From assembly GCA_041674405.1 (NCBI GenBank), contig JBAYVT010000004.1, forward strand, positions 60,001 to 92,000: DNA of 32,000 nt, in the 5' to 3' direction. The position numbers and the translations under genes were made by a program. Shown here piece after piece: positions 9,553 to 17,999 of this stretch (the stretch's first letter is position 1; every line of letters begins with the position of its first letter). Under the pieces are notes generated by a model. That model was not told the DNA's origin, did not search any database, and saw nothing but the letters and a program-made list of their open reading frames with translations. The stretch comes from Patescibacteria group bacterium (GTDB lineage Bacteria; Patescibacteriota; UBA1384; XYA2-FULL-43-10).

Positions 9553-10662
9553 TTACCAGCCAAAATCTTTATTTAATGCAGGATCGCTATCTGGATCATT
9601 TGTGGCTTTCGGGTTCACTGGTGGATTGTTAGGTTGGGGAGGTGTTTGCCTGTTCTGTGGCGGTTCATTAATACTTGTGCCGGATTCTTGTGATTGCGCT
9701 TTAGTTTGGGTTTCCGCAGTCTGGCTTTGTGGTGTGGCCGGCTTCTCTTGCGCCTCTGCTGCCGGTGGAGCCGGTGCGGTGCTCGGTGCGTTGGAAGAAT
9801 TTGTGTTTGCGGATACCGTATTGTTTGAAGTCGTCGGCGCTTTCATGTCTCTTTCTGCGTTTTTTTCTATCGCCTGTTGTCTTTCTTCCTGTTCCTTTTT
9901 CTGCTGGGCATTAACTATTTCTGTGTTATCGATTGTAGATTCATCTTCAATCTGGCTGGGCTCGAGAGCCTCGTCTTCTTTGTCTTTTGTGTGTGTAACA
10001 AAAGCTGAGGCGAAAGTATTTGCTTCTTCTGCAAGCCTTTCCTTGCCGGCAACCTCGGGATTGTACGTGCTGTAAAGAAGCTCAATCACTTCTTGTGTAT
10101 TTAGTTGCTTGCAATGTAATCCGATCGAGCCGAGGCCCTGGGCGACGGTAGTAGCGCGCTGCTTTAATTCGGTTGTGTATCGGGCATAGTCTTCTTCGGA
10201 AACCCTGAGCTGGGCAGTTTCATTATTCTTTTTGAAAAGCTTATCCAATATTCCGCCGTTATTTGTGACCAATGGCTGATAACCGACGGTTACGTAAAAA
10301 GTTTTTTTCATAATATTGGCTAGGTTGATAAGCTGAGAGACGAAGTCGACATAATCTTCTGTTTGCAACTTCAAAAGCTCGTTTTTCTGTTTTTCCGCCA
10401 ATTTCTTAATCTTGTTTAAATATGGGGTCAAATCCAGTTTTTTTGATGAAATCAAAATCTCAATCGGAAAATGAAGCGAATTTAAGAAGCTTTGGTAATT
10501 AAAAATAATGCTATTTTGCTCTTGCTCGCTCTTTAAGTCGAAATTTATAGCAGCAACAGACATGACAATGCGGTATTGCCCGTTTCTCAGAATAACTATC
10601 CCGTCGCGAATGCCTGCGACCAAAACGTTTTCTTGGGTTGTGGGAGCTTTGACGGTAGCCAT
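9553..10662 (-). CDS. T4SS-associated protein: N-terminal ~230 aa resembling a VirB4 N-domain without ATPase, plus a disordered P/Q/T/N-rich tail
   Basis: ATG 10662 lies 2 nt after the upstream TAA, with GAGGT upstream. The pattern DGIVILRNGQYRIVMSVAAINFDLKSEQEQNSIIFNYQSFLNSLHFPIEILISSKKLDL resembles N-domains of VirB4/TraC-type proteins. No Walker motifs. The last ~130 aa are low complexity (APAPPAAEAQEKPATPQSQTAETQT...). Confidence 0.75.
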   Translation of the reverse strand: MATVKAPTTQENVLVAGIRDGIVILRNGQYRIVMSVAAINFDLKSEQEQNSIIFNYQSFLNSLHFPIEILISSKKLDLTPYLNKIKKLAEKQKNELLKLQTEDYVDFVSQLINLANIMKKTFYVTVGYQPLVTNNGGILDKLFKKNNETAQLRVSEEDYARYTTELKQRATTVAQGLGSIGLHCKQLNTQEVIELLYSTYNPEVAGKERLAEEANTFASAFVTHTKDKEDEALEPSQIEDESTIDNTEIVNAQQKKEQEERQQAIEKNAERDMKAPTTSNNTVSANTNSSNAPSTAPAPPAAEAQEKPATPQSQTAETQTKAQSQESGTSINEPPQNRQTPPQPNNPPVNPKATNDPDSDPALNKDFGW

Positions 10663-10664
10663 GC

Positions 10665-11114
10665 TTACCTCGTTGCAATATTATTATTTGAAGAATCCAG
10701 CGATTTTGCCATTCTTTCCATCTGCTCGCGGGTTATGTGTTTGGATTCGACATGCGTAGCCGATTCCTTTTCTGGATTTTTGTAAACTTCCACGTCAAAC
10801 CCTGATTCTTCTCTTTGCCAAACGCGCATCCTTGGTTTGCCCATAAAAACAAACAAAGAAGCAAGAAAATGCAAAAAAGGCCGTTCGTTAATTTTAAGAA
10901 ATATCAGAGCCAATGTAAAAAGTGCAACCATTATAGCTAAAAACAAGCCAAACATGTTTGGTATCGACATATAGCAGACATACGCCAATCCGCCGCCAAC
11001 GACAGCATAGACAAACTGAAGCATTGTCAGCGGTCCCAAAATGCGATCCTGCATATCTATATTTTGCGGAACCTTGTAACGCAATTTCCCTCGCTCCCTC
11101 CTTTTGGAGTTCAA
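10665..11114 (-). CDS. PrgI/VirB3-like small membrane protein
   Basis: YKVPQNIDMQDRILGPLTMLQFVYAVVGGGLAYVCY followed by a second TM segment (FGLFLAIMVALFTLALIF) matches PrgI-family architecture. It sits immediately upstream of the VirB4 region. The start is uncertain (track TTG 11114; alternative TTG 11084 after AGGAGGGAG). Confidence 0.7.
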   Translation of the reverse strand: MNSKRRERGKLRYKVPQNIDMQDRILGPLTMLQFVYAVVGGGLAYVCYMSIPNMFGLFLAIMVALFTLALIFLKINERPFLHFLASLFVFMGKPRMRVWQREESGFDVEVYKNPEKESATHVESKHITREQMERMAKSLDSSNNNIATR

Positions 11115-11131
11115 AGGATCGCTAAAAATCT

Positions 11132-11158
11132 CAAATCAATTGTAACACAATTGATTTG
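11132..11158 (-). terminator. Perfect 12-bp inverted repeat (caaatcaattgt / acaattgatttg, 3-nt loop) followed on the minus strand by AGATTTTTA; intra-operon attenuator/terminator or operator
   Basis: Read directly. It lies in the only sizeable (70 nt) intergenic gap of the T4SS gene train, between 11185 and 11114. Confidence 0.4.
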
Positions 11159-11184
11159 GAAAAAATAGGAAAAATTTTGACCAG

Positions 11185-12675
11185 TTATTCTATCGGTGAA
11201 AGAATGTTCGTTTCATTGGCAAGAGCGCCGAGAAATGCACCGCCAACTGCTAGCAGGCCCGTGCTAGATGCCTGGGATTCCGGAGTTGGATTTTGTTTGT
11301 CGAAACCGCCCCAGCCATCATAATATCCCATTGAATCCAAATCCAGCCCATCAAAATCTTCGCCTAAATGGCCTTTTTCTGATTGGACGATTCTCTTTAT
11401 GGTGTTATAAAAAACTAAGTACGATTCGATTGCGCGGGAGATCCCGGGATGTTCCGTCCTTAACTTTTCTATTGAAAAATTTCCGCCGGCGATACCTTCG
11501 GCAATTTCGGCATATTTTGTACTAATTTCTCCTGATTGATCTGTATCCGATTCACTAATGCCGAGTTCTGAACTGGAGAAACGGCTGAAACTGCCGGGAT
11601 CGAGCTTTTTAAGGCATACCTCTAAAAAGCTCAAGAAGCTTCCATCGCTCTGGAGATAAATGGCAGTGTAATCGGTTACAATTTCTTCTGCTGCCATGAT
11701 TTCGCGCGACTTTGTGAACTTTTCTTCCGACCCCCATTTTGCTTTTTCTGTCGGTGAGAGTGAATTATATTCCGATTTTTCCAAGCTCTTAATCACGTTT
11801 CTGACGTGTTGCGGCTGAAAATCAATATAATCTTTTGCATTTCGAATGATTTCTTTTGCCTCTCTAAGCGAAATCTCGATCGGAGAATTGGCATTTTCTT
11901 CATCTGCTTCGGATTCTTTGTGTTTTGCGACAGCGACTATTCCGTGGGATATCTCGTGGTCGATCATTTGAACAAAATCCAAGCTCAGGATTTTTCCTTC
12001 GGAAGTTGCAAAATTATCTTTCAGGGCAGATCTCGAGAGTTTGATAACCCCTCCCCCAAAAGACATAATCCCTTCATAACCAGCCGAGGCTCGAGATTCG
12101 TCCTCTAAACTATCGGATATTTCAACATTTTGAACGAGTGTACAGACATCATTAGCGGTAAGGTGCCCATTGATTATCGGGAGAGATAGGGCATAAAGGA
12201 TCTCTGTTTTTTTACTCAATACTCCCGAATACTCAGGGTTTTTTGATAACTCGGAAATAGCGGCATCTGAATCTTGAAACAGCGCTTCTGAACGTGCGAT
12301 AAAAATCGCCGTCTCAGTGAGAGCGCTACTAGATGGCGCAGACTCTCCGTATCGCTCTTTTAATATCGCATAAATTTTTTCAATCAGGTAAGAATTCAGA
12401 TTTTCGTCCGATATATGATTGAGGAGAATTGCAAAAACTTCTCTCTTGTCCAGGGAGTGGCTTTTATTTTCGTGAGTCATTCTTTTCGTTGCTTCGAGAA
12501 TAGAGGGACGATTCTGCTCGGTAATTTCAACTTCACCGGAATGATCTATCTCCGGTTCTGCCCCTTCCTGGCCTTCGTTGCCCCCTTCTGGTTGTTCTCT
12601 TGTTTGATCCGCTTCCGAAATTTCTGGCGATTGTCCAGGTGGGCCAGCAGAAGGGTTTGGGGCGTCAGTGGCCAT
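11185..12675 (-). CDS. Acidic T4SS-associated protein with an HExxH motif (putative metalloprotease-like) and a hydrophobic C-terminus
   Basis: 496-aa ORF starting at ATG 12675. Highly acidic N-terminus (EGGNEGQEGAEPEIDHSGEVE). MIDHEISHGIVAV contains HEISH. The C-terminal STGLLAVGGAFLGALA could be a membrane anchor. No family recognised. Confidence 0.75.
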   Translation of the reverse strand: MATDAPNPSAGPPGQSPEISEADQTREQPEGGNEGQEGAEPEIDHSGEVEITEQNRPSILEATKRMTHENKSHSLDKREVFAILLNHISDENLNSYLIEKIYAILKERYGESAPSSSALTETAIFIARSEALFQDSDAAISELSKNPEYSGVLSKKTEILYALSLPIINGHLTANDVCTLVQNVEISDSLEDESRASAGYEGIMSFGGGVIKLSRSALKDNFATSEGKILSLDFVQMIDHEISHGIVAVAKHKESEADEENANSPIEISLREAKEIIRNAKDYIDFQPQHVRNVIKSLEKSEYNSLSPTEKAKWGSEEKFTKSREIMAAEEIVTDYTAIYLQSDGSFLSFLEVCLKKLDPGSFSRFSSSELGISESDTDQSGEISTKYAEIAEGIAGGNFSIEKLRTEHPGISRAIESYLVFYNTIKRIVQSEKGHLGEDFDGLDLDSMGYYDGWGGFDKQNPTPESQASSTGLLAVGGAFLGALANETNILSPIE

Positions 12676-12706
12676 GACAGCCTTTCTTTTTTATCGTCAA
12701 ATTATC

Positions 12707-15421
12707 TTATTCGGGATTTGCGCTTGGTGGTTCTGCGGGGGGAGTCGGAGGGGGAGTCGGTGTTGAATGGGTCTCAGGGCGTGGGGTAGACGGCGCCTCT
12801 ACGGTAGTATTGTTGTTGATCACAGTTGTGTTCTGAACTGGGTTTGGCCGAACCGCATCAACGGCCCTTGCAGGTGATACGCGTGAAGATGCTTTTGCTG
12901 TGGCGCTGCCGATTTCGCGAGCAAGAGATTTTTGGAATCTTTCACTCATTAGTGTTGATGCGAGCGAATCCCCGCCGGAAACCCCCGAAGCAGCGGCAAC
13001 GCTTCCCAGGATGGAACTTGCCTGCATCGGTGAGTACGAAACAGCTGCTCCTCCTCGAGCTGCAGCGGTGGCTTGTGCAACCTGGTTCACATGTTGGGTC
13101 AACGCTTCGATATGATCGGAACCTTCGGCAAAGCCATCGCCAACCGAAATATTCTCAAATTGAGAAGCTAATTGCTTGGTTTGGTCGGCCATGCTCTGCA
13201 TCGATAATCTGGCGGAGGCAGTAGCTTCGGCAGCAGTTCTTAGTTCGGTCTGTTTGGAAGTCTGAAATTGTTTAAGAGAGTCTGACCAGGCTCGCCCTTC
13301 TGTTGAAGTCAGTTGTCCGGAAGCAGCCATTGATCTTGCGTTTACGGCTGCCTGCTGAACCTGTTGAAACGTTGAAGCTAACTTTTGTTTGGCGGCGGGA
13401 TCGCTCGTGCTAATTTTGGGTACTCCCATCTTACTAGCAATTTTGGCCGCCTCTTCAATATCACCAGCCTGAAGCTTGCTTGCGCCTGCGGCAGCATCCT
13501 GAGAAATCAATGCCAGCTTAGACCCTAGACCTTGTGGGGAAACACCGCTCATTTGGCCACGGATTAGCCTCAAACCTGCAATTTGGTCTTCGATTTGTTG
13601 GGCTCCTGCTTCAACCTCTTCGTTAACCATGGAATCACGAGCCTTCCTAACATCTTCAAAGTGTTTTCGGAGTTCTTGTTGCGCTCCAGGACTCATTGCA
13701 GCAACATCACCACCCAATCTTTGAGCCAGTTGGTCAAAATTTTCATTGCTGTGCATTGCGGCACGAGAGACCTGATCAGCCTGTGCACCAGCAAGAGCCC
13801 TAATTCCCTGGCTTGCACCGCTGATAGATGCAGCTTCTGTAGTAGCTTGGGCAGCTGCCTCAATTTCTTCACCAACAGGAGAAGAAAATCCGGAAGCATC
13901 CATGTTTCTGTTTCTTTTTCGCAAAGCTCCGGTTGTAGGATCTCTGGACTCGTCGGTTCGGAATCTCCCTTTTTCTTTACTTACAGCATCAATACTTTCC
14001 CCATTAAAAAATTTCAAGGCTTCATCATGTCCGTCGGCACTGGAATTTCCAGCCCTTCTGGTAAGTTCCTTATACTTCGCCATATATTCCCTTGATTGCG
14101 CCCAACTCATCTTTTTGTCTCTAAATAATTTTCCGTTTTTTCCTGGAGTTGCAACTTCGCCTGTTTCAGGATCGATCTCCATCGCTCCGGCCAACTTAGA
14201 AACTTCTTCATATTGCCAGGTTTTTTGTTCATCGAGAGAATCAGCCCTTAATGCGGCCCTTACTCGACCCTGGGCTCCCTTTGGCAATTTTCCGCTCATC
14301 ATAAGATCAAAGTACCTCTGGTTGAGTGCCTCTTTCTCGTACTTAGCTCTCACGTCCTGCGGAATTTGCTTAGCGGCTTTTCTATTCATCATCATCTTAC
14401 CCAAACGAGTCAGCTGAAAATCTCCTTTTTTATCATGATATCCGATCATCCTGTTCTGGGCTCTGGTTTTGACATTGTCATATTTTTCCTTCGCAAAATC
14501 ACCGGCGTATTTGGCAGCCCGACCGCCTGTCTTATTCCATCCCCATTTGCCAAGGTTGTTCCATGCTGTCATCACGCCTTTACCCATCATTTGTGGAGTG
14601 GTGATGGCAAGATAAAAACATACGCCTGCAAAGAGGATAGATAAAAACGAAAGGCCTGGGTCTCCGTCCGTTAAAGGAGCTAGCCATCTGCCGCCCACCC
14701 AAAGCCAGAAGAGGGACACAACCGGCATAAATGTCCATTTCCAGAACATTTGCCACCATTGATTAAAAACGGACTTAGAGAGGGTTAAGACGCTGGCCAT
14801 AAATGCGAGCGGTGCCAGTGCAACTAAGAAATATAGAACATAATTTCTAACGAAAAAGAAAAATGCCAGAACCAGCACCATTATCGCACCAGCGAATTCA
14901 ACCAAGGTCAAGACAAGAAAAAGGCCTATTTGTTTCCAATTGAGTGCCCCATTTGTTACCAGGGTGCTTTTATCGAAATTAGTAAGGAATGCCCCAGAAA
15001 TTCCATAATCATTATTACCTATTCCAGCTCCACCTGCAGGAGAATTTATCAGCATGCTCATCGCTGCGCTCGACAAGTCGACAATAAAGCGGCAAATCAA
15101 GTAACTGAAGTTTGCAAGAACAACAGCCATCACCAGTGCGGGCAAGAATTTTTTGATCCCGTATGTATTTATGTTTAGCTGTAAAATGTTGGCAAATGCG
15201 ATAAAGATAAGAGCGGCAATCACAACATAATTTACCATGCTGCGGATAGATTCCCAGACCTCTTTGATTGTTGCCGAAGGACCGGTTGTGCCTTGAAGTA
15301 CCTGGTAGAGTAACTCAGCGTGAGCATGAGCTGGAAAAGCAAGCGTTATCACAAAAAGAATCAGGATGATCAAGTTTGCCATAGCCACGATTCGATAAAA
15401 TTTTTGCGATTTTGCACTCAT
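12707..15421 (-). CDS. VirB6/TrbL/TcpH/ConG-like polytopic membrane protein with a ~550-aa Ala/Gln-rich helical extension and Pro-rich tail
   Basis: ATG 15421. Signal-like N-terminus (LILFVITLAFPAHAHA), then about 7-8 hydrophobic helices within the first ~300 aa. The size and position relative to the PrgI-like and VirB4 genes match Gram-positive VirB6 analogues. The C-terminal half is Ala/Gln/Ser rich and ends PTPPPTPPAEPPSANPE. Confidence 0.7.
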   Translation of the reverse strand: MSAKSQKFYRIVAMANLIILILFVITLAFPAHAHAELLYQVLQGTTGPSATIKEVWESIRSMVNYVVIAALIFIAFANILQLNINTYGIKKFLPALVMAVVLANFSYLICRFIVDLSSAAMSMLINSPAGGAGIGNNDYGISGAFLTNFDKSTLVTNGALNWKQIGLFLVLTLVEFAGAIMVLVLAFFFFVRNYVLYFLVALAPLAFMASVLTLSKSVFNQWWQMFWKWTFMPVVSLFWLWVGGRWLAPLTDGDPGLSFLSILFAGVCFYLAITTPQMMGKGVMTAWNNLGKWGWNKTGGRAAKYAGDFAKEKYDNVKTRAQNRMIGYHDKKGDFQLTRLGKMMMNRKAAKQIPQDVRAKYEKEALNQRYFDLMMSGKLPKGAQGRVRAALRADSLDEQKTWQYEEVSKLAGAMEIDPETGEVATPGKNGKLFRDKKMSWAQSREYMAKYKELTRRAGNSSADGHDEALKFFNGESIDAVSKEKGRFRTDESRDPTTGALRKRNRNMDASGFSSPVGEEIEAAAQATTEAASISGASQGIRALAGAQADQVSRAAMHSNENFDQLAQRLGGDVAAMSPGAQQELRKHFEDVRKARDSMVNEEVEAGAQQIEDQIAGLRLIRGQMSGVSPQGLGSKLALISQDAAAGASKLQAGDIEEAAKIASKMGVPKISTSDPAAKQKLASTFQQVQQAAVNARSMAASGQLTSTEGRAWSDSLKQFQTSKQTELRTAAEATASARLSMQSMADQTKQLASQFENISVGDGFAEGSDHIEALTQHVNQVAQATAAARGGAAVSYSPMQASSILGSVAAASGVSGGDSLASTLMSERFQKSLAREIGSATAKASSRVSPARAVDAVRPNPVQNTTVINNNTTVEAPSTPRPETHSTPTPPPTPPAEPPSANPE

Positions 15422-15436
15422 TTGATTCTTGCCTAT

Positions 15437-17329
15437 TTAGTTGCTAGCCAAATTTTCATATTTTCCGGAATTAACCATGTTATTATAAACTTCTGAAAAC
15501 AAAAGATAATTGTTCGCTCCTGTTCCCGCTAAGATGGCCTGGGAAGAGTAAATCGAGGGGACAAGATTCGCGGCTTTAAAAGTTGCAGTCAGCGTAGAAG
15601 TTAAGTCATCCCAGCCCTCAAAGGTAATAGTGGCCGATGAGTTATGTTGGCTATTTGGTATCCAATTTTTGGCTTGGTCTAAGGGTCCGATCTTTGCCCA
15701 AACACTGCCCCGTTGAGTCTGTGCTGCAGTCTTCAGTGCAGAGTACTTCGCAACATTTCTAAATTGAATTTTTGCTCGTAATACGTAGGCATAAGAGCTT
15801 CCTCCGCCTCCTGTTCCGCCTGCGGCGGTTCCGCTATCGGTTGTACCACCGCTAGGTGTACCACTAGTGGAATCCGTTCCAGTTCCGGAGGCTTCAGAGC
15901 TGGCAGGAGAGCTTTGTGGCTCACTGGCCTTGGCGCAGACATCAGTTTTGTTTGCCGAGGCTGATCCCGTTGCCTCGTCAGTGACTCCAAGCGATTTTTC
16001 CATTATTCCAAGTGACCAACAATAAAACGCGTTTGCCCAATTGTTTAGTATTATTGTCAGGCCGCAAAATGCACTAGCGATCATATTTACAATATATGAT
16101 TGGTCCGACACGTCGCATTCAGTTTTTCCGTCATTGGTCGAATTTAATCTTCCAGCATCCCAGAAACCCCTTGGGCCCATAACTAGCTGTAAACTGCAAT
16201 TTTTTGCTGCCGGGTCGCTAATACTTCCGTCAGCTCCAATCGTAACTTCATAATTCTGGTTCATAAAAATTTCCATATTGTTTTCTGTGGCTTGTCTTGC
16301 CTCTGACCAATCTTTGAAACCTCCTTGTGTGGGAGTATCGGGTCGGGTGACACTGTTCGGCTGGTCAGGGTTGTCATTTTTTAAGAAAAATTCCGGCATA
16401 ATTTTATAAGTTCCGGCCGGAAGGCCAGAGAGATCTGCGGACCACTGACCACTGGGTGTTCCCTCATTTGAAATCAAAACATATCCTTTGGAAATATTTC
16501 CCATCGAGGCATTTACATATGTATCAGTTGCAATTTTGAATTGGATGTAAACTGGCACATCTAGTGTCCTTGTGGCACCGGCGTCCATAAAATCCCCCGG
16601 CCATTGGACCTTGTCTTTTGGAGCCAGTTTTTTATCATTCTCAGAAAGTTTGTCCCAATAAACTGATTTCGAAAAATCAATCGCTGCAGTTCCACAGATT
16701 TTAGTACCATTGGGGATTTTTTGGGTATAAAAATTGTTAACTTTTTGGAAAATTCCAGCCACATTGCTATTTTCAGCACCAACTCCACCGTTCATATAAA
16801 AGATATAATCTTTCATGCTTTGATCAAGAGTAGGGAGCTCTTTTGATGAAGTGCCCATGGTACTCGGAAGTACCTCATACGTTTTATTATCAGTCCCCCT
16901 GTGTAACCAGAGGTAAAAATCCTTACCCTGAAGGCTTTCCTTTTTGTACAACCCCAGGGTTTCGGCATTTTTAAAACGAACCCCCAGGTAGAATCCTGCT
17001 TGTCCTTGCATCTGATACATCAAGATGCCTTCGTCATCGGTGATACCCCCTACGGTTGCAACAACAGGTGGTAAACCATTAAATGGTTTACCTGCCTTCC
17101 ATAGCTCACCAGAAATCTTTTGGGGAGATGAAAATTTGTGGCCCGTTTCTGTTGCCCCCAATTTTTCTGTAATAGTTGTGGAGGAAACGTCGAAGTAATA
17201 ATCATATTTTTGGCCTGGTGTGGGAATCATGGCTGCGCGCGCGCGGGGAGTTGTGTATGTAAACAACCCAAATAAGTTTGCTGATAGCAGCAAAACAGAT
17301 AAGGCCAAAGAATAAATTTTTTTAATCAC
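15437..17329 (-). CDS. Secreted/cell-surface protein of unknown family (630 aa)
   Basis: GTG 17329 follows GGAGGGGAT. Signal peptide MIKKIYSLALSVLLLSANLFGLFTYTTPRARA. One internal hydrophobic segment (IVNMIASAFCGLTIILNNWANAFYCWSLGI). A Ser/Thr/Gly-rich linker (SGTGTDSTSGTPSGGTTDSGTAAGGTGGGG) and a ~130-aa C-terminal domain. Confidence 0.8.
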   Translation of the reverse strand: MIKKIYSLALSVLLLSANLFGLFTYTTPRARAAMIPTPGQKYDYYFDVSSTTITEKLGATETGHKFSSPQKISGELWKAGKPFNGLPPVVATVGGITDDEGILMYQMQGQAGFYLGVRFKNAETLGLYKKESLQGKDFYLWLHRGTDNKTYEVLPSTMGTSSKELPTLDQSMKDYIFYMNGGVGAENSNVAGIFQKVNNFYTQKIPNGTKICGTAAIDFSKSVYWDKLSENDKKLAPKDKVQWPGDFMDAGATRTLDVPVYIQFKIATDTYVNASMGNISKGYVLISNEGTPSGQWSADLSGLPAGTYKIMPEFFLKNDNPDQPNSVTRPDTPTQGGFKDWSEARQATENNMEIFMNQNYEVTIGADGSISDPAAKNCSLQLVMGPRGFWDAGRLNSTNDGKTECDVSDQSYIVNMIASAFCGLTIILNNWANAFYCWSLGIMEKSLGVTDEATGSASANKTDVCAKASEPQSSPASSEASGTGTDSTSGTPSGGTTDSGTAAGGTGGGGSSYAYVLRAKIQFRNVAKYSALKTAAQTQRGSVWAKIGPLDQAKNWIPNSQHNSSATITFEGWDDLTSTLTATFKAANLVPSIYSSQAILAGTGANNYLLFSEVYNNMVNSGKYENLASN

Positions 17330-17345
17330 ATCCCCTCCGAATACA

Positions 17346-17996
17346 CTATTTGTTCAGCTCGTCTAGATATTTTGTAACATTTTCATTGGTCGGCTCGGCT
17401 AATCTTGCTTTTTGCCAGGATTCTTCTGCTTTCCCCCTGTAAAATTCTCTTGATTCACCCGATATCTCTGCGTCCTTCATCATATAATAATTTGCAAGCC
17501 CCAGATATATCCACGCATCAGCGTAATTTTCGTCCATTTCGGTTGCGGTGGTCGCAACGAGTATTGCCAGGTCGGGTCGGCCGTTTTCAATGTAGGCTTT
17601 AGCATCTTTTACAGCTTCCGATTCATTTTGCGGAACCTTGTTGGCTTCTGAGAGATCGTTCAGCGCATCTATGTCATTAATCTCTCTGAAAAATGGCTCT
17701 AGTTTTGTAATGTCCTTTTCGCTTTCCCTGGCTATAATTGTCCGTTCGTTAGCCTTGCTGCTACCTGCCAGGAACGCTGCTTTGCGGTATTCGACTAATG
17801 CAGATATAAATTTGCGATTTTTCAAAAAATCATCGCCCGAAGTTATATATTTATTTGTACCCGAAACTCTGGCGGGGCTTAAGGCGAAATACAAAATAAC
17901 AATCAGCAACAAGCCTATAACTGACCACAAAGCTGCTTTTTTCCATGATTTCTCCCCGAAATTATGCGGAGGTTTACGGGTGGCTACCTTTTTCAA
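17346..17996 (-). CDS. Membrane-anchored TPR-like repeat protein
   Basis: TTG start at 17996, 3 nt after the uppP stop. TM segment ALWSVIGLLLIVILYFAL. TPR-like helices (ALVEYRKAAFLAGS, AWIYLGLANYYMMKD). Confidence 0.7.
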   Translation of the reverse strand: MKKVATRKPPHNFGEKSWKKAALWSVIGLLLIVILYFALSPARVSGTNKYITSGDDFLKNRKFISALVEYRKAAFLAGSSKANERTIIARESEKDITKLEPFFREINDIDALNDLSEANKVPQNESEAVKDAKAYIENGRPDLAILVATTATEMDENYADAWIYLGLANYYMMKDAEISGESREFYRGKAEESWQKARLAEPTNENVTKYLDELNK

Positions 17997-17999
17997 GAA

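Noticed and set aside
9482-10075. 197-aa plus-strand ORF and neighbouring + ORFs (9426-9632, 9729-9914)
   Set aside because: They are antisense to the low-complexity tail of the 369-aa minus-strand gene. Their Cys/Phe/Leu-rich composition is typical of a shadow ORF.
13583-14644. Plus-strand ORFs of 170, 171 and 92 aa
   Set aside because: They are antisense shadows of the Ala/Gln-rich half of the VirB6-like gene. No SD, and implausible composition.
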